Part shown: positions 39,931 through 49,229 of the stretch, in pieces
How positions within the stretch are numbered: the first letter of the stretch is position 1
Layout: each line of letters begins with the position of its first letter
Source of the DNA: an uncultured bacterium
Lineage (GTDB): Bacteria > Desulfobacterota_D > UBA1144 > Nemesobacterales > UBA2774
Assembly: GCA_963705505.1 (NCBI GenBank)
Contig: CAVPJU010000006.1
Span: 512,001 to 576,000 of the forward strand
Reading direction: 5' to 3'
DNA: 64,000 nt
Notes under the pieces: model-generated
Seen by the model: the letters and a program-made list of their open reading frames with translations, nothing else
What the model was told of the DNA's origin: nothing
Database searches by the model: none
Position numbers and translations under genes: made by a program

Positions 39931-39962
39931 ATACCGCGGAGCAAATTATAATATAACATCTA

Positions 39963-41585
39963 TTAGACTGCCGAGGTAGTATATTTTTTTCTCAGACGGT
40001 TTCTGACAAGAATAGCAGTCATGTTTAAAGCAACGACAATTAATATTAAGAGAAGGGCGGTTGTAAATACCATGGGTTTTGCTGCCTCGACGTTGGGGGA
40101 CTGAAAACCCACATCATATATATGAAACCCGAGATGCATGAACTTTCTTTCGAGGTGCACGTAAGGGAAATAGCCGTCTATAGGCAGCTGTGGGGCAAGC
40201 TTGACGACCCCGGTGATCATAAGCGGCGCGACCTCACCCGTCGCCCTCGCGATCGCCAGTATAAGGCCCGTCAGTATGGCCGGCATCGCGCTGGGTATGA
40301 CGATTTTCCAAGTGGTTTCGAATTTAGTCGCACCCAGGGCAAGGGAGCCGTCCCGTATCTCCTTGGGCACCGCCGCGAGGCCCTCTTCGGTCGCGACAAT
40401 GACTACGGGAACGGTAAGGAGTGCGAGTGTCAGAGACGCCCAGAGTATGCCTCCGGTCCCGAACGTGGGGTTGGGCAGGGCTTCTTTGAAGAAAATCTGG
40501 TCTATCGTACTTCCCATGCCGTATATGAAGAACCCTACGGCGAAAACTCCGAACACGATGGAGGGGACGCCCGCAAGGTTATTAACGCATATCCTGACAA
40601 GCCTCACGAGTACGCCCTGCTTTGCATACTCCCTCAGGTATAAAGCCGCGAGAACTCCGAAGGGCAGCACCACTATGCTCATCAAGAACACCATCATTAC
40701 CGTGCCGAATATCGCCGGGAAGACGCCGCCTTCGGTGTTCGCCTCCCTGGGTTCTTCGGAGACGAATTCCCATACATTTGCTATATATAGGGAAAGCTTT
40801 TGAAACCAATTCATTGCGTTCGGTCTGTAAGCGTTTACAATAGTCCCGACCGGCATTTCTTTCTCTCTTCCGTCAATGGACGTCATTACAAACTTTTCTT
40901 TATTAAACTCCTGATAAAGTGAAGTGAGTCTATTTTCCTGTTCCTTGTATTTAATCTCCTGTTCTTTTACCTCGGCCTCGAGTTTGTTGATTTTTTCCTG
41001 ATTATTTCCCCCTTTGAGCTGAAGCCCTTTGAGATGGAGCCTGAGGTCTTCCATTTTCATGTTAATTCCGCCGATTGCACCCTTTTCAATCGACCTTATT
41101 TCATTATATATTTTTTTGTATTTAGGGATTTGGGCTTCGAGCACCGGCCAGCATTCCTCATTGCCGCTGCAGACAACGTTTCCGCTCTCGGTGACTTCTT
41201 TTATGAATCCGTACATGTTGCCCCACTCTCTGCGTTCGAGAACCACGGCGTATTTGGGATGGGTTGTATTCTCTATCTGGTCGTCGTCCACCCATTTGAA
41301 ATCGAGGCCGTATAGATCCCTGTTCCCGATCTTGAGCTGTGTCCTGTATATTTGAGGAGCCTCGGGTCCGGCATTATAACCCTTTACGTTTTCGTGGCCG
41401 GTGATTACACCCATAAGCTTTGTGCCGTCCTTAAGGTCGAGCTGAGCAAGACCGGAAGGCCAGAAGAACCCGAGACCCTTGGCGGCTATGAGGTAAAGGA
41501 GGCCAGCAATCATCAGGAGTGAAAACATCAGGGCAACGCCCGAAAGCCATACGAAAGGATCACCGCTTTTCCAGAATTTATGCAT
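39963..41585 (-). CDS. pstA: Phosphate ABC transporter permease, long form
   Basis: PREANTEGGVFPAIFGT, NLAGVPSIVFG, ARATGEVAPL. Confidence 0.95.
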   Translation of the reverse strand: MHKFWKSGDPFVWLSGVALMFSLLMIAGLLYLIAAKGLGFFWPSGLAQLDLKDGTKLMGVITGHENVKGYNAGPEAPQIYRTQLKIGNRDLYGLDFKWVDDDQIENTTHPKYAVVLERREWGNMYGFIKEVTESGNVVCSGNEECWPVLEAQIPKYKKIYNEIRSIEKGAIGGINMKMEDLRLHLKGLQLKGGNNQEKINKLEAEVKEQEIKYKEQENRLTSLYQEFNKEKFVMTSIDGREKEMPVGTIVNAYRPNAMNWFQKLSLYIANVWEFVSEEPREANTEGGVFPAIFGTVMMVFLMSIVVLPFGVLAALYLREYAKQGVLVRLVRICVNNLAGVPSIVFGVFAVGFFIYGMGSTIDQIFFKEALPNPTFGTGGILWASLTLALLTVPVVIVATEEGLAAVPKEIRDGSLALGATKFETTWKIVIPSAMPAILTGLILAIARATGEVAPLMITGVVKLAPQLPIDGYFPYVHLERKFMHLGFHIYDVGFQSPNVEAAKPMVFTTALLLILIVVALNMTAILVRNRLRKKYTTSAV

Positions 41586-41632
41586 TTGCTCTGCCTCTAT
41601 TTATTCAGTCGCATTAATCTGATCAATATTAT

Positions 41633-43927
41633 TTATAACTGACCGTACTTCTTTCTGAGCCTCTGTCTTACCAGCTCTGCAGCCGTATTAATAATGAAAG
41701 TAAAGAAGAAGAGTAGAAGCGCAGCCAGGAATAGTATCCTGTAAAGCGTCCCTCCCTGCGGGGCTTCGGGTATTTCCACTGCTATGTTCGCTGACAGTGC
41801 ACGGAAGCCGTTGAATATGCTCCAGTCCATTATGGGCGTGTTCCCGGTCGCCATAAGCACTATCATCGTCTCTCCTATCGCTCTTCCCAAGCCTATCATG
41901 ACGGCGGAGAATATCCCCGGGCTCGCAGTCGGAAGCACTACCCGTATGGCTGTTTGCCAGCGGTTTGCTCCGAGGGCGAGAGAGCCCGCCGCGAGATGAT
42001 TGGGTACGCTCGACAGAGCGTCCTCGGAGATGGTGAATATTATAGGTATGACCGCAAACCCCATTGCGAATCCGACGATTAAAGAGTTTCTCTGGTCGTA
42101 TTGGAGACCCAGTACATTATAGAACCACGCCTTATAATCCCCGCCGAAAATAAAATGCTCTACCGGGGAGTTTATCCAGAGAGTCACTATGACTCCAAGC
42201 AAAATCACGGGGATGAGGAAAAAGAGCTCTGTCCCTTCCTTGAATCTGCCCTTTATTCTTCTCGGCAGATACCCCCAGATGAAAACGGCTATTAATGTGA
42301 ATATCGTGAGGACGATGGGCATAGTAAAAATTGCGGGGATAATTTTTTCGATGACGGGCGCAAGCCAGAGGCCCGCAAAGAATCCCAGTACGACGCTTGG
42401 AAGGGCCGCCATGACTTCTATTACGGGCTTAATCGTGTTCCTGAGCGACGGGTGCATGAATTGTGAGACGCATAGAGCCGCGAAAATGGAAAGAGGTATT
42501 GCGAAGAAGAGGGCGTAGATGGCTCCTTTCAATGTTCCAAAAGCCAGAGGTGTTAAGCTGAACTTCGGCTCAAAGTCATCTGTACCCCCTGTCGACTGCC
42601 ATACGTATTCCGGTTTGCTGTATCCCTCGTACCAGACTTTTCCGAAGAGGGTTGTTAAGCTCGTCTCGGGGTGAGGGTTCTTTACATCCCAGTCGTATAA
42701 TTTTCCCTTTTGATCGACAGCGATTATTCCGTCCGCTTTGGGGGGATAGGCGAGAGTTTTCACAGCCCCGTCCGTTTTGAACGATGCGAGTTGTCGATTT
42801 GATGTAGCGTGATAAAGGTTTATATGGCCCCCGTTGTCCGCGGCTATAAATCCGCGGTCCCGAGTGGATGCAATAATATTCGTCACCGGAAGCTCCATCG
42901 GAGGGAGCTCATGAATCTTTTTTAAAATCTTTCCCCGCGGGGAATCCGGCTCTGCCACTTCGAACCAGACGGACACGTCCCCCGCGCCGTCGCCCACTAT
43001 GAGAGAGCGGTCTCCCAGAAGGAATGCGAGCGCTGTAACCGGGGTATTCGAGTTGGGAGCGGCGGTCAGGACATCTAAAAGTGCAGGGTTCTCTTTATCA
43101 CTCACATCCCAGTGGTATAGCTTGCCGATATTCGTCCCGACATACAGGTTGCCAAGGGACCGGTCGATCTCCAAAGCGGTCACCTTGCTGCCTTCGAGCT
43201 TCTCCGTCAGATCGCGAGTGACCTGCGTTTTTTCTCCTCCGCCTAGTAATCCACCCGATTCGACCATCGCGGAGAAAATAAGGTGTCCGTCGGACGTATA
43301 AGCGGCTGCCGTATCGTTCCCGTCATCGTCTTCTTCATACGCAATTGTGAGGAGCGGGGAGGAGCCGATATTCACGGCATCCTCTTCTTTGACATCCGGG
43401 GTAATGATTCTTTTATCGCCCTGGAAGTCCGCTGCGTAACTCATGCTGACAGGCAGAATCTTGCCGTTTTCGGTACCGAAACTATATAATTTATTGTTAT
43501 CGGACACATAGCTCGAAATTATCTTTGTGCCCTCGAGCCCCGGAAGCTGCACTTTTTTTATGGTGCGCCCGTCTTTAAGAGATAAAAAGACGACCGTCCC
43601 GTCGTTTGCGACTATGAAACCTATTTCCTTATATTGTTCGGTCCCTGCCGCAAGGAACGGGAATTGCCTTTCGTCGGGACTGTCAAGAGAGTAAGAGGCG
43701 AGGTCGGGGGATTCCTTCAGAATAAAAGAACTTGTAAGCTCGGATTTTACTCCCTGCCAGAGGGGAAGGGTCTCGATCCCTATGAATACGAGAATCGCGA
43801 TGATGCATAAAATAATCGCTATTCCGCCGATTGTGACTATAACGGTCGCGATACGGTCGACAAGTTTCCTCCGCTTAACTCCGGAGGAAACCTGTCTTGG
43901 TTCTTTCAGTTTGGTTTTGGGTGCCAC
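41633..43927 (-). CDS. pstC: Phosphate ABC transporter permease with beta-propeller-like periplasmic insert
   Basis: LPSVVLGF, GRAIGETMIVLMATGN; WD40-like repeats in the N-terminal half. Confidence 0.93.
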   Translation of the reverse strand: MAPKTKLKEPRQVSSGVKRRKLVDRIATVIVTIGGIAIILCIIAILVFIGIETLPLWQGVKSELTSSFILKESPDLASYSLDSPDERQFPFLAAGTEQYKEIGFIVANDGTVVFLSLKDGRTIKKVQLPGLEGTKIISSYVSDNNKLYSFGTENGKILPVSMSYAADFQGDKRIITPDVKEEDAVNIGSSPLLTIAYEEDDDGNDTAAAYTSDGHLIFSAMVESGGLLGGGEKTQVTRDLTEKLEGSKVTALEIDRSLGNLYVGTNIGKLYHWDVSDKENPALLDVLTAAPNSNTPVTALAFLLGDRSLIVGDGAGDVSVWFEVAEPDSPRGKILKKIHELPPMELPVTNIIASTRDRGFIAADNGGHINLYHATSNRQLASFKTDGAVKTLAYPPKADGIIAVDQKGKLYDWDVKNPHPETSLTTLFGKVWYEGYSKPEYVWQSTGGTDDFEPKFSLTPLAFGTLKGAIYALFFAIPLSIFAALCVSQFMHPSLRNTIKPVIEVMAALPSVVLGFFAGLWLAPVIEKIIPAIFTMPIVLTIFTLIAVFIWGYLPRRIKGRFKEGTELFFLIPVILLGVIVTLWINSPVEHFIFGGDYKAWFYNVLGLQYDQRNSLIVGFAMGFAVIPIIFTISEDALSSVPNHLAAGSLALGANRWQTAIRVVLPTASPGIFSAVMIGLGRAIGETMIVLMATGNTPIMDWSIFNGFRALSANIAVEIPEAPQGGTLYRILFLAALLLFFFTFIINTAAELVRQRLRKKYGQL

Positions 43928-43996
43928 GAGTAAGATTTCCTGTCCAGACCGTATTTATAAAATCTATATTATTATCTGATAGCTTCGGAAGAATAA

Positions 43997-44992
43997 TCAG
44001 TTTCCGATCACTTTCCACTGCTCTGCGTCGATGTTTGCAGGTAACGGGTCATAACCGTCTTTAATTACGACCTGCTGACCCTCCTGGCTGAGCACATACT
44101 TTAAGAACTCGAGACGAAGCGGGTCAAGAGCTTCGTTCGGTTTCTTGTTGACATAGATATAAAGATACCTGCCTAGAGGATATGTTTTGTTAAGAACATT
44201 CGCGAGATTCGGTTCTGCGCATTCGCCCGGCTTTTTGCCAAGCTTGAGCGCCTTAACGCCGGAGGTTACATACCCGATTCCGCTGTATCCGATGGCGCCT
44301 TTATCTTCGGTGACGCCCTGAACGACGGATGCAGAGCCGGGCTGCTCCTTGACGGAGTCCTTGTAATCTCCCTTACAGAGCGTATGCTCCTTGAAATATC
44401 CGTATGTGCCTGAGGCCGAATTTCTGCCGTACATGCTTATCGGCATGTTGGCCCAATCGCCCGTCAGTCCGAGCTGCCCCCAGGTAGTAATGTCCTGAGC
44501 CCCGCCGCAAGCCCTGTTCTTCGAGAAAATTGCGTCTAACTGATCCATGGTCACACAATCGAGCGGATTATCTTTGCTAACGAATACCGCGAGTGTGTCT
44601 ATCGAGGTTGAAACCGCAGTCGGCTTGTAACCGAATTTCTTTTCGAAATCGTCAACTTCTTTATCCTTCATCGTACGGGACATGGGACCGAACTGAGCCG
44701 TCCCCTCGATGAGAGCCGGAGGGGCGGTGCTTGAGCCTTTACCCTCGATCTGGCATTTTACGTTCGGGTAATTCTTTGTGAACCCCTCGCACCAGAGGGT
44801 CATGAGGTTATTCATAGTGTCCGAGCCGATGCTGTTGATGTTCCCGGTGACACCGCTTGTTTTGGTGTACATGGGGATAGCCGTATCGACCGTTACGGTC
44901 TCCGCGGCAATACCTATAATTCCCGCCAGTGCCAAGACAAATGCAGCAAGGCCGGCAATTATGCTACCCTTGATAAGTTTTCCTCTAAGCAT
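43997..44992 (-). CDS. pstS: Phosphate ABC transporter substrate-binding protein
   Basis: [40 protein letters not shown]. Confidence 0.95.
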   Translation of the reverse strand: MLRGKLIKGSIIAGLAAFVLALAGIIGIAAETVTVDTAIPMYTKTSGVTGNINSIGSDTMNNLMTLWCEGFTKNYPNVKCQIEGKGSSTAPPALIEGTAQFGPMSRTMKDKEVDDFEKKFGYKPTAVSTSIDTLAVFVSKDNPLDCVTMDQLDAIFSKNRACGGAQDITTWGQLGLTGDWANMPISMYGRNSASGTYGYFKEHTLCKGDYKDSVKEQPGSASVVQGVTEDKGAIGYSGIGYVTSGVKALKLGKKPGECAEPNLANVLNKTYPLGRYLYIYVNKKPNEALDPLRLEFLKYVLSQEGQQVVIKDGYDPLPANIDAEQWKVIGN

Positions 44993-45045
44993 TTTTCAAT
45001 ACCTCCATAAGAGTTTTAATCTGGCAAGCATTAAAACCGAGTAAT

Positions 45046-45083
45046 GTTAAGGATGTGTTAAGAGAACATTAAACCCTAGTTAA
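45046..45083 (-). promoter_or_regulatory. Pho-box-like array of four repeats with 11-bp period
   Basis: Plus-strand RTTAA at 45046, 45057, 45068 and 45079 (TTAAY on the minus strand), directly upstream of pstS. Confidence 0.8.
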
Positions 45084-45408
45084 CGGTATTCCGAGCCCGC
45101 TGGTCTTCGTATATTAATATTTTAAATTAAAATCGGCAAGTTGAATAATATCCCCATAGCCGGGAGCACCCTCAAGATTTCAACCTAACCTCGCCTCTAT
45201 CAAAAATGTATACAACTGATATATGACTTAAGTTAGCCGGTTTGAGGGGACGGGGTTGCGGAGCCGGTTAACGGGGGATTAATACGCAATTAATCTTATC
45301 TTCATTATCCGGCATTATCGTGTGGGAGGTGTTTATAACGGGCCCGGTAATTGAGTCTCAGGTTATTCATAGTAAAAACGGAATTGGATTCGGAGAATAA
45401 TAACTAAA

Positions 45409-45990
45409 ATGGAAATACGATCCGTACATCAGATAGCCAAAAGAGAGTGGGAAAACATCTCGGTATCCCTGGAGCTATGCGGGGACATAGGGAAATTCGA
45501 TCTCGCGCGTTACATCGAAAGAGAGCCCGAATTAATCCGCAATCTTATCGGAATGGAGAAGAAGATTCATCAACATGACTATCTCACAAGGGAAGCCGCC
45601 TATGTGTTTACCGAATTGGGGAAGGAAGCGGGAGGGAGACTCGGGCTGAAAGCGGAGCTGGCTAAAGCTTTCGGGGGCGGCTACAGCTGGGTGAGGACGG
45701 GATGGTTCGATCTTATAAACCTTGAGTTCGATGACCTTGATATTCTGGAGGGACACCTGACCCGTAAGATCTTCTTTTTCAGGCTTTTTTTCCCGCTGAA
45801 AGAGGATTTCAGCTGGCTTTTCGATTCCCCGGCCGTTACTTCGAATTTTAAATCCATATTCGAAAGGTTTTTATCCTGGCAAAGGGACCCCGTTGGCTAT
45901 GACAGGGATTTAGAGTCTTACAAGACCGAGATCGATCCGATCAGGGAGGGACTCGCGTCCGCTCTCGATATACAATCCGGACGCTGCTAG
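45409..45990 (+). CDS. Hypothetical protein
   Basis: 193-aa ORF with protein-like composition; no motif recognised. Confidence 0.65.
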   Translation: MEIRSVHQIAKREWENISVSLELCGDIGKFDLARYIEREPELIRNLIGMEKKIHQHDYLTREAAYVFTELGKEAGGRLGLKAELAKAFGGGYSWVRTGWFDLINLEFDDLDILEGHLTRKIFFFRLFFPLKEDFSWLFDSPAVTSNFKSIFERFLSWQRDPVGYDRDLESYKTEIDPIREGLASALDIQSGRC

Positions 45991-46113
45991 CATTGTATAC
46001 CCTCGAATATCCTCCTAACGATTTTCAGGCTGTAAATTCAGGTTTCAAAATCTGATAATACGAGTATAATTTCATTAAGCTTTATGAATATCTGTCTGTC
46101 CAAGGATTGAAAT

Positions 46114-46191
46114 ATGCGCACATATCTTGTTGTGATTTCGATACTTTTGGCGGCCGTATTCATTACCGCCTGCAAGTGCAATCTCGGTTAA
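46114..46191 (+). CDS. Micro-lipoprotein 1 (25 aa, MRTYLVVISILLAAVFITA-CKCNLG)
   Basis: TATAAT at 46065, AAGGA RBS 7 nt before ATG, lipobox ITA-C; paralogue at 46409. Confidence 0.75.
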   Translation: MRTYLVVISILLAAVFITACKCNLG

Positions 46192-46408
46192 ATATGTCCC
46201 TGCGGGACAAAGGTAATCCACTATACGCTTAAGCTCCGGGATATGTCATTTCAATATGCCCGCTGTATCGGCAGTGGAGCGGATTTTCTTCACATGCAAG
46301 TTATGAGAATAAGGCGGAAGCCGATTTGAAGGAAACATTTTGAGAGGCACATTTTAATTGTATAATTCTTTCCTGGTATTAAAATAATTCTCGAAAAAGG
46401 ATATAAGA

Positions 46409-46486
46409 ATGCGCATATACCTGACTTTGTTTTCGATTCTCCTTGTTACGCTTCTCGTTACGGCCTGTCAGTGCGGTATCGGTTAG
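46409..46486 (+). CDS. Micro-lipoprotein 2 (25 aa, MRIYLTLFSILLVTLLVTA-CQCGIG)
   Basis: TATAAT at 46361, AAGGA RBS 7 nt before ATG, lipobox VTA-C; 13/25 identical to the ORF at 46114. Confidence 0.75.
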   Translation: MRIYLTLFSILLVTLLVTACQCGIG

Positions 46487-46540
46487 ACGCAGCGGAGAAC
46501 GAATCCGAACCTTAAAACAATCCTTTTAATTCCCGAACGC

Positions 46541-47022
46541 ATGATTCTGATAATAATGGGTGTAACGGGAGCGGGTAAGACTACAGTCGGGAAGCTCCTT
46601 GCCAGGAAGCTCGGCTGGAGGTTTTATGACGCCGACGAGTTCCACCCGAAAGAAAATATCGAGAAGATGGTTAAGGGCATCTCTCTGACCGACGAGGACA
46701 GACTCCCCTGGCTGAGATCGGTTCGTGATTTTATTAAGGGACGAAATGAGCCTGCCGTCATTGCCTGCTCGGCGCTGAAGAAGTCCTACAGGGATATACT
46801 GGAAGGAAGGCTGCGGTCGATATAAAGTTTATTTATCTCAAAGGGAACGCGGGATTGATAAGGGAGAGGCTCGAAGAGAGGAAGGGGCACTTCGCGGGAG
46901 CTCAGATACTCGAAGGTCAGTTCGATGCGCTCGAAGAGCCGGAAAATGTACTGACTGAAGATATTTCGAACGGCGCTGAATCGATCGCGGAAGATATAAT
47001 ACGTGAGCTTAATTTGAGTTAA
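46541..47022 (+). CDS. gntK: Gluconokinase (one frameshift near 46810)
   Basis: [37 protein letters not shown]; second frame FIYLKG...RKGHF...QFDALEEP. Confidence 0.88.
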
Positions 47023-47041
47023 GCGGAAGGCGCAAATCCGT

Positions 47042-47908
47042 TTACTTCACCTTTTTCCTTCTGGCATCGGAGGCTTTTGAGAGTATTTCCATAAGCGCGT
47101 CCCGGTCTCCGTCCGCAATCGCTTTTTCTATTTTGCCGAGAGAAATCTTAAGCTGTCCGATAGCCAAGAGGATGTTTTCTTTATTGGCATCTAGGATATC
47201 AACCCACATTTCCGGAGAGCTTGCCGCGACCCTCGTATAATCATTGAGACCCCCTCCGGCAAAGTTGAAGAGCATATCCGGATCGTCTGTCGAGAGTAAA
47301 GCATCGACGAGAGAGTAAGCGAGTACGTGAGGGAGGTGGCTTACGAAACCGAAAACACGGTCGTGCACGTCGATGTCCATCTCGTGCACCTCGCTCCCGA
47401 CCAGCTCCCATAGCGTCGCGACTCTGCTTTTTACGACGAGAGGGGTTTTTTCGGTGGGGGTCAGAATGAACCTTCTTCCCTTAAAGAGCTTGGGATCGGC
47501 ATACTTGATTCCCGAATTCTCTGTTCCGGCTATGGGGTGCCCTCCGACAAAGTGCAGATTAGGGGGCATGATCTCCTCTATCCCTCTCACGATTTTTCCC
47601 TTTACGCTCCCGACGTCGGTGATGATCGTCCCCTGGGTCACTGCGGGGATTAAGGACTTTGCGGTTTTTACAATAGCTCCGACGTGAGTGGCAATTACTA
47701 TTATCTCGGCTCCGGAGACTCCTTCTGCTATGTCCCGCGATCCTTCATCGATTATTTCGTTCCTGAGTGCGTATTCGATCGTCTCTTCATCTGTATCTAC
47801 ACCGAGCACGTTTTTTACCTGCTTTGAGCGTTTGAGCGCCCGGGCAAGAGAGCCGCCTATGAGTCCGAGACCGATTATCGCAACCTTTTTGAATTCCTTC
47901 TTCTTCAT
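47042..47908 (-). CDS. tyrA: Prephenate/arogenate dehydrogenase
   Basis: IGLGLIGGSLA, DVGSVK, FVGGHPIAGTE, HD...SHLPH, TRVAAS. Confidence 0.93.
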   Translation of the reverse strand: MKKKEFKKVAIIGLGLIGGSLARALKRSKQVKNVLGVDTDEETIEYALRNEIIDEGSRDIAEGVSGAEIIVIATHVGAIVKTAKSLIPAVTQGTIITDVGSVKGKIVRGIEEIMPPNLHFVGGHPIAGTENSGIKYADPKLFKGRRFILTPTEKTPLVVKSRVATLWELVGSEVHEMDIDVHDRVFGFVSHLPHVLAYSLVDALLSTDDPDMLFNFAGGGLNDYTRVAASSPEMWVDILDANKENILLAIGQLKISLGKIEKAIADGDRDALMEILSKASDARRKKVK

Positions 47909-49017
47909 TTATTCAGGACCTTCTTCATCGCTTTTACGAACCTCTCGTTTTCTTCCGGAAGTCCTATGGTTACGCGGAGCTGTGTTTTTAACCCGTAGCC
48001 CCCGAGGGGCCTCACTATCACCCCTTCTCTCAGGAGAGCGTTATAGACCGGCATGGGGTCTTTTCCGAGGTCGATGAGGATAAAGTTCGTATAAGTGGGC
48101 GCGTGAGGGATATGGAGCTTCCCGAGCTCGTCCTTTAGGTATCCGAGCCCTTCCCTGTTGACCTCCCTTGATCTTCTCACATGGTCGTGGTCGTCGAGCG
48201 CCGCGAGCGCCGCAGCCTGTGCTATGGAGCTCGTATTGAAAGGATGCCTCGCCCTCTGCATTGCCGATACCATTTCCTCCTCCGCGACGCCGTACCCGAG
48301 CCTGAGTCCCGCAAGGCCGTATATCTTGGAGAACGTCCTCACCGTGAGTACAGATTTGCCTCTATTTTGATAAACCAGCGAATCGGGGTAGCCGGGGTCT
48401 TCGACGTACTCGAAGTAGGCTTCATCTATCACGACGAGGATGTCCTCGTTGACCTTATCCAGAAACCACTCGAGCTCATCCCTTTTCACCATCGTGCCTG
48501 TCGGATTATTGGGGTTCGCTATGAATACCGCCTTCGTTCTGGGAGTAATGCGTGAATACATATCCTTCAGATTATGGGTGAGGTCGGGCATGGGGGAGAT
48601 CACCGCTTTAGCCCCCACAGCCTGAGTCACTATCGGATATACGATGAACGCGAATTCGCCCATAACGGCCTCGTCGCCAGGCGACAGAAATGTCCTGGCC
48701 GCGATATCGAGAACATCGTTCGATCCGTTCCCGAATATAAGCCTTTCGGGTTTTACGTCTAAAGCTTGTGCGAGCTTGCCTTTAAGGTAGAACGCGTCCC
48801 CGTCCGGATAGCGGTGTATATCGTGTAATGCATTTTTTGCCGCGATTAACGCAAGGGGCGAAGGGCCGAGCGGGTTTTCATTAGACGCGATCTTTATTGC
48901 GCCTTTTATACCGAGCTCCCTTTCAAGCTCCTCTACGGGCTTTCCGGGAACATAAGGTATCAAATCCCTGACAAAAGGATTGGGCTTTATCAATTTTGTC
49001 CCCTCGGGAACGGCCAA
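47905..49017 (-). CDS. hisC: Histidinol-phosphate aminotransferase
   Basis: KIASNENPLGPS, ANPNNPTG, DEAYFEY, RTFSKIYGLAGLRLGY. Confidence 0.95.
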   Translation of the reverse strand: MAVPEGTKLIKPNPFVRDLIPYVPGKPVEELERELGIKGAIKIASNENPLGPSPLALIAAKNALHDIHRYPDGDAFYLKGKLAQALDVKPERLIFGNGSNDVLDIAARTFLSPGDEAVMGEFAFIVYPIVTQAVGAKAVISPMPDLTHNLKDMYSRITPRTKAVFIANPNNPTGTMVKRDELEWFLDKVNEDILVVIDEAYFEYVEDPGYPDSLVYQNRGKSVLTVRTFSKIYGLAGLRLGYGVAEEEMVSAMQRARHPFNTSSIAQAAALAALDDHDHVRRSREVNREGLGYLKDELGKLHIPHAPTYTNFILIDLGKDPMPVYNALLREGVIVRPLGGYGLKTQLRVTIGLPEENERFVKAMKKVLNK

Positions 49018-49229
49018 GACTCTCGGATCCCCGAATGAAAGGCATTAATCTATCACCGGCGCGCGGAGGAGGCAAGCATCGGTATTGAAATAATCCGGGA
49101 TTTCTTAAAGGATCACGGGTGAATATATATCTTCTGCCATATATTATCGTATTACGCATGGAGGGGCCCTTCAAGGTTATTTTGCCCGAATTGAGAGTTA
49201 GACTCCCAGTTGATATAATCTACTGATCC

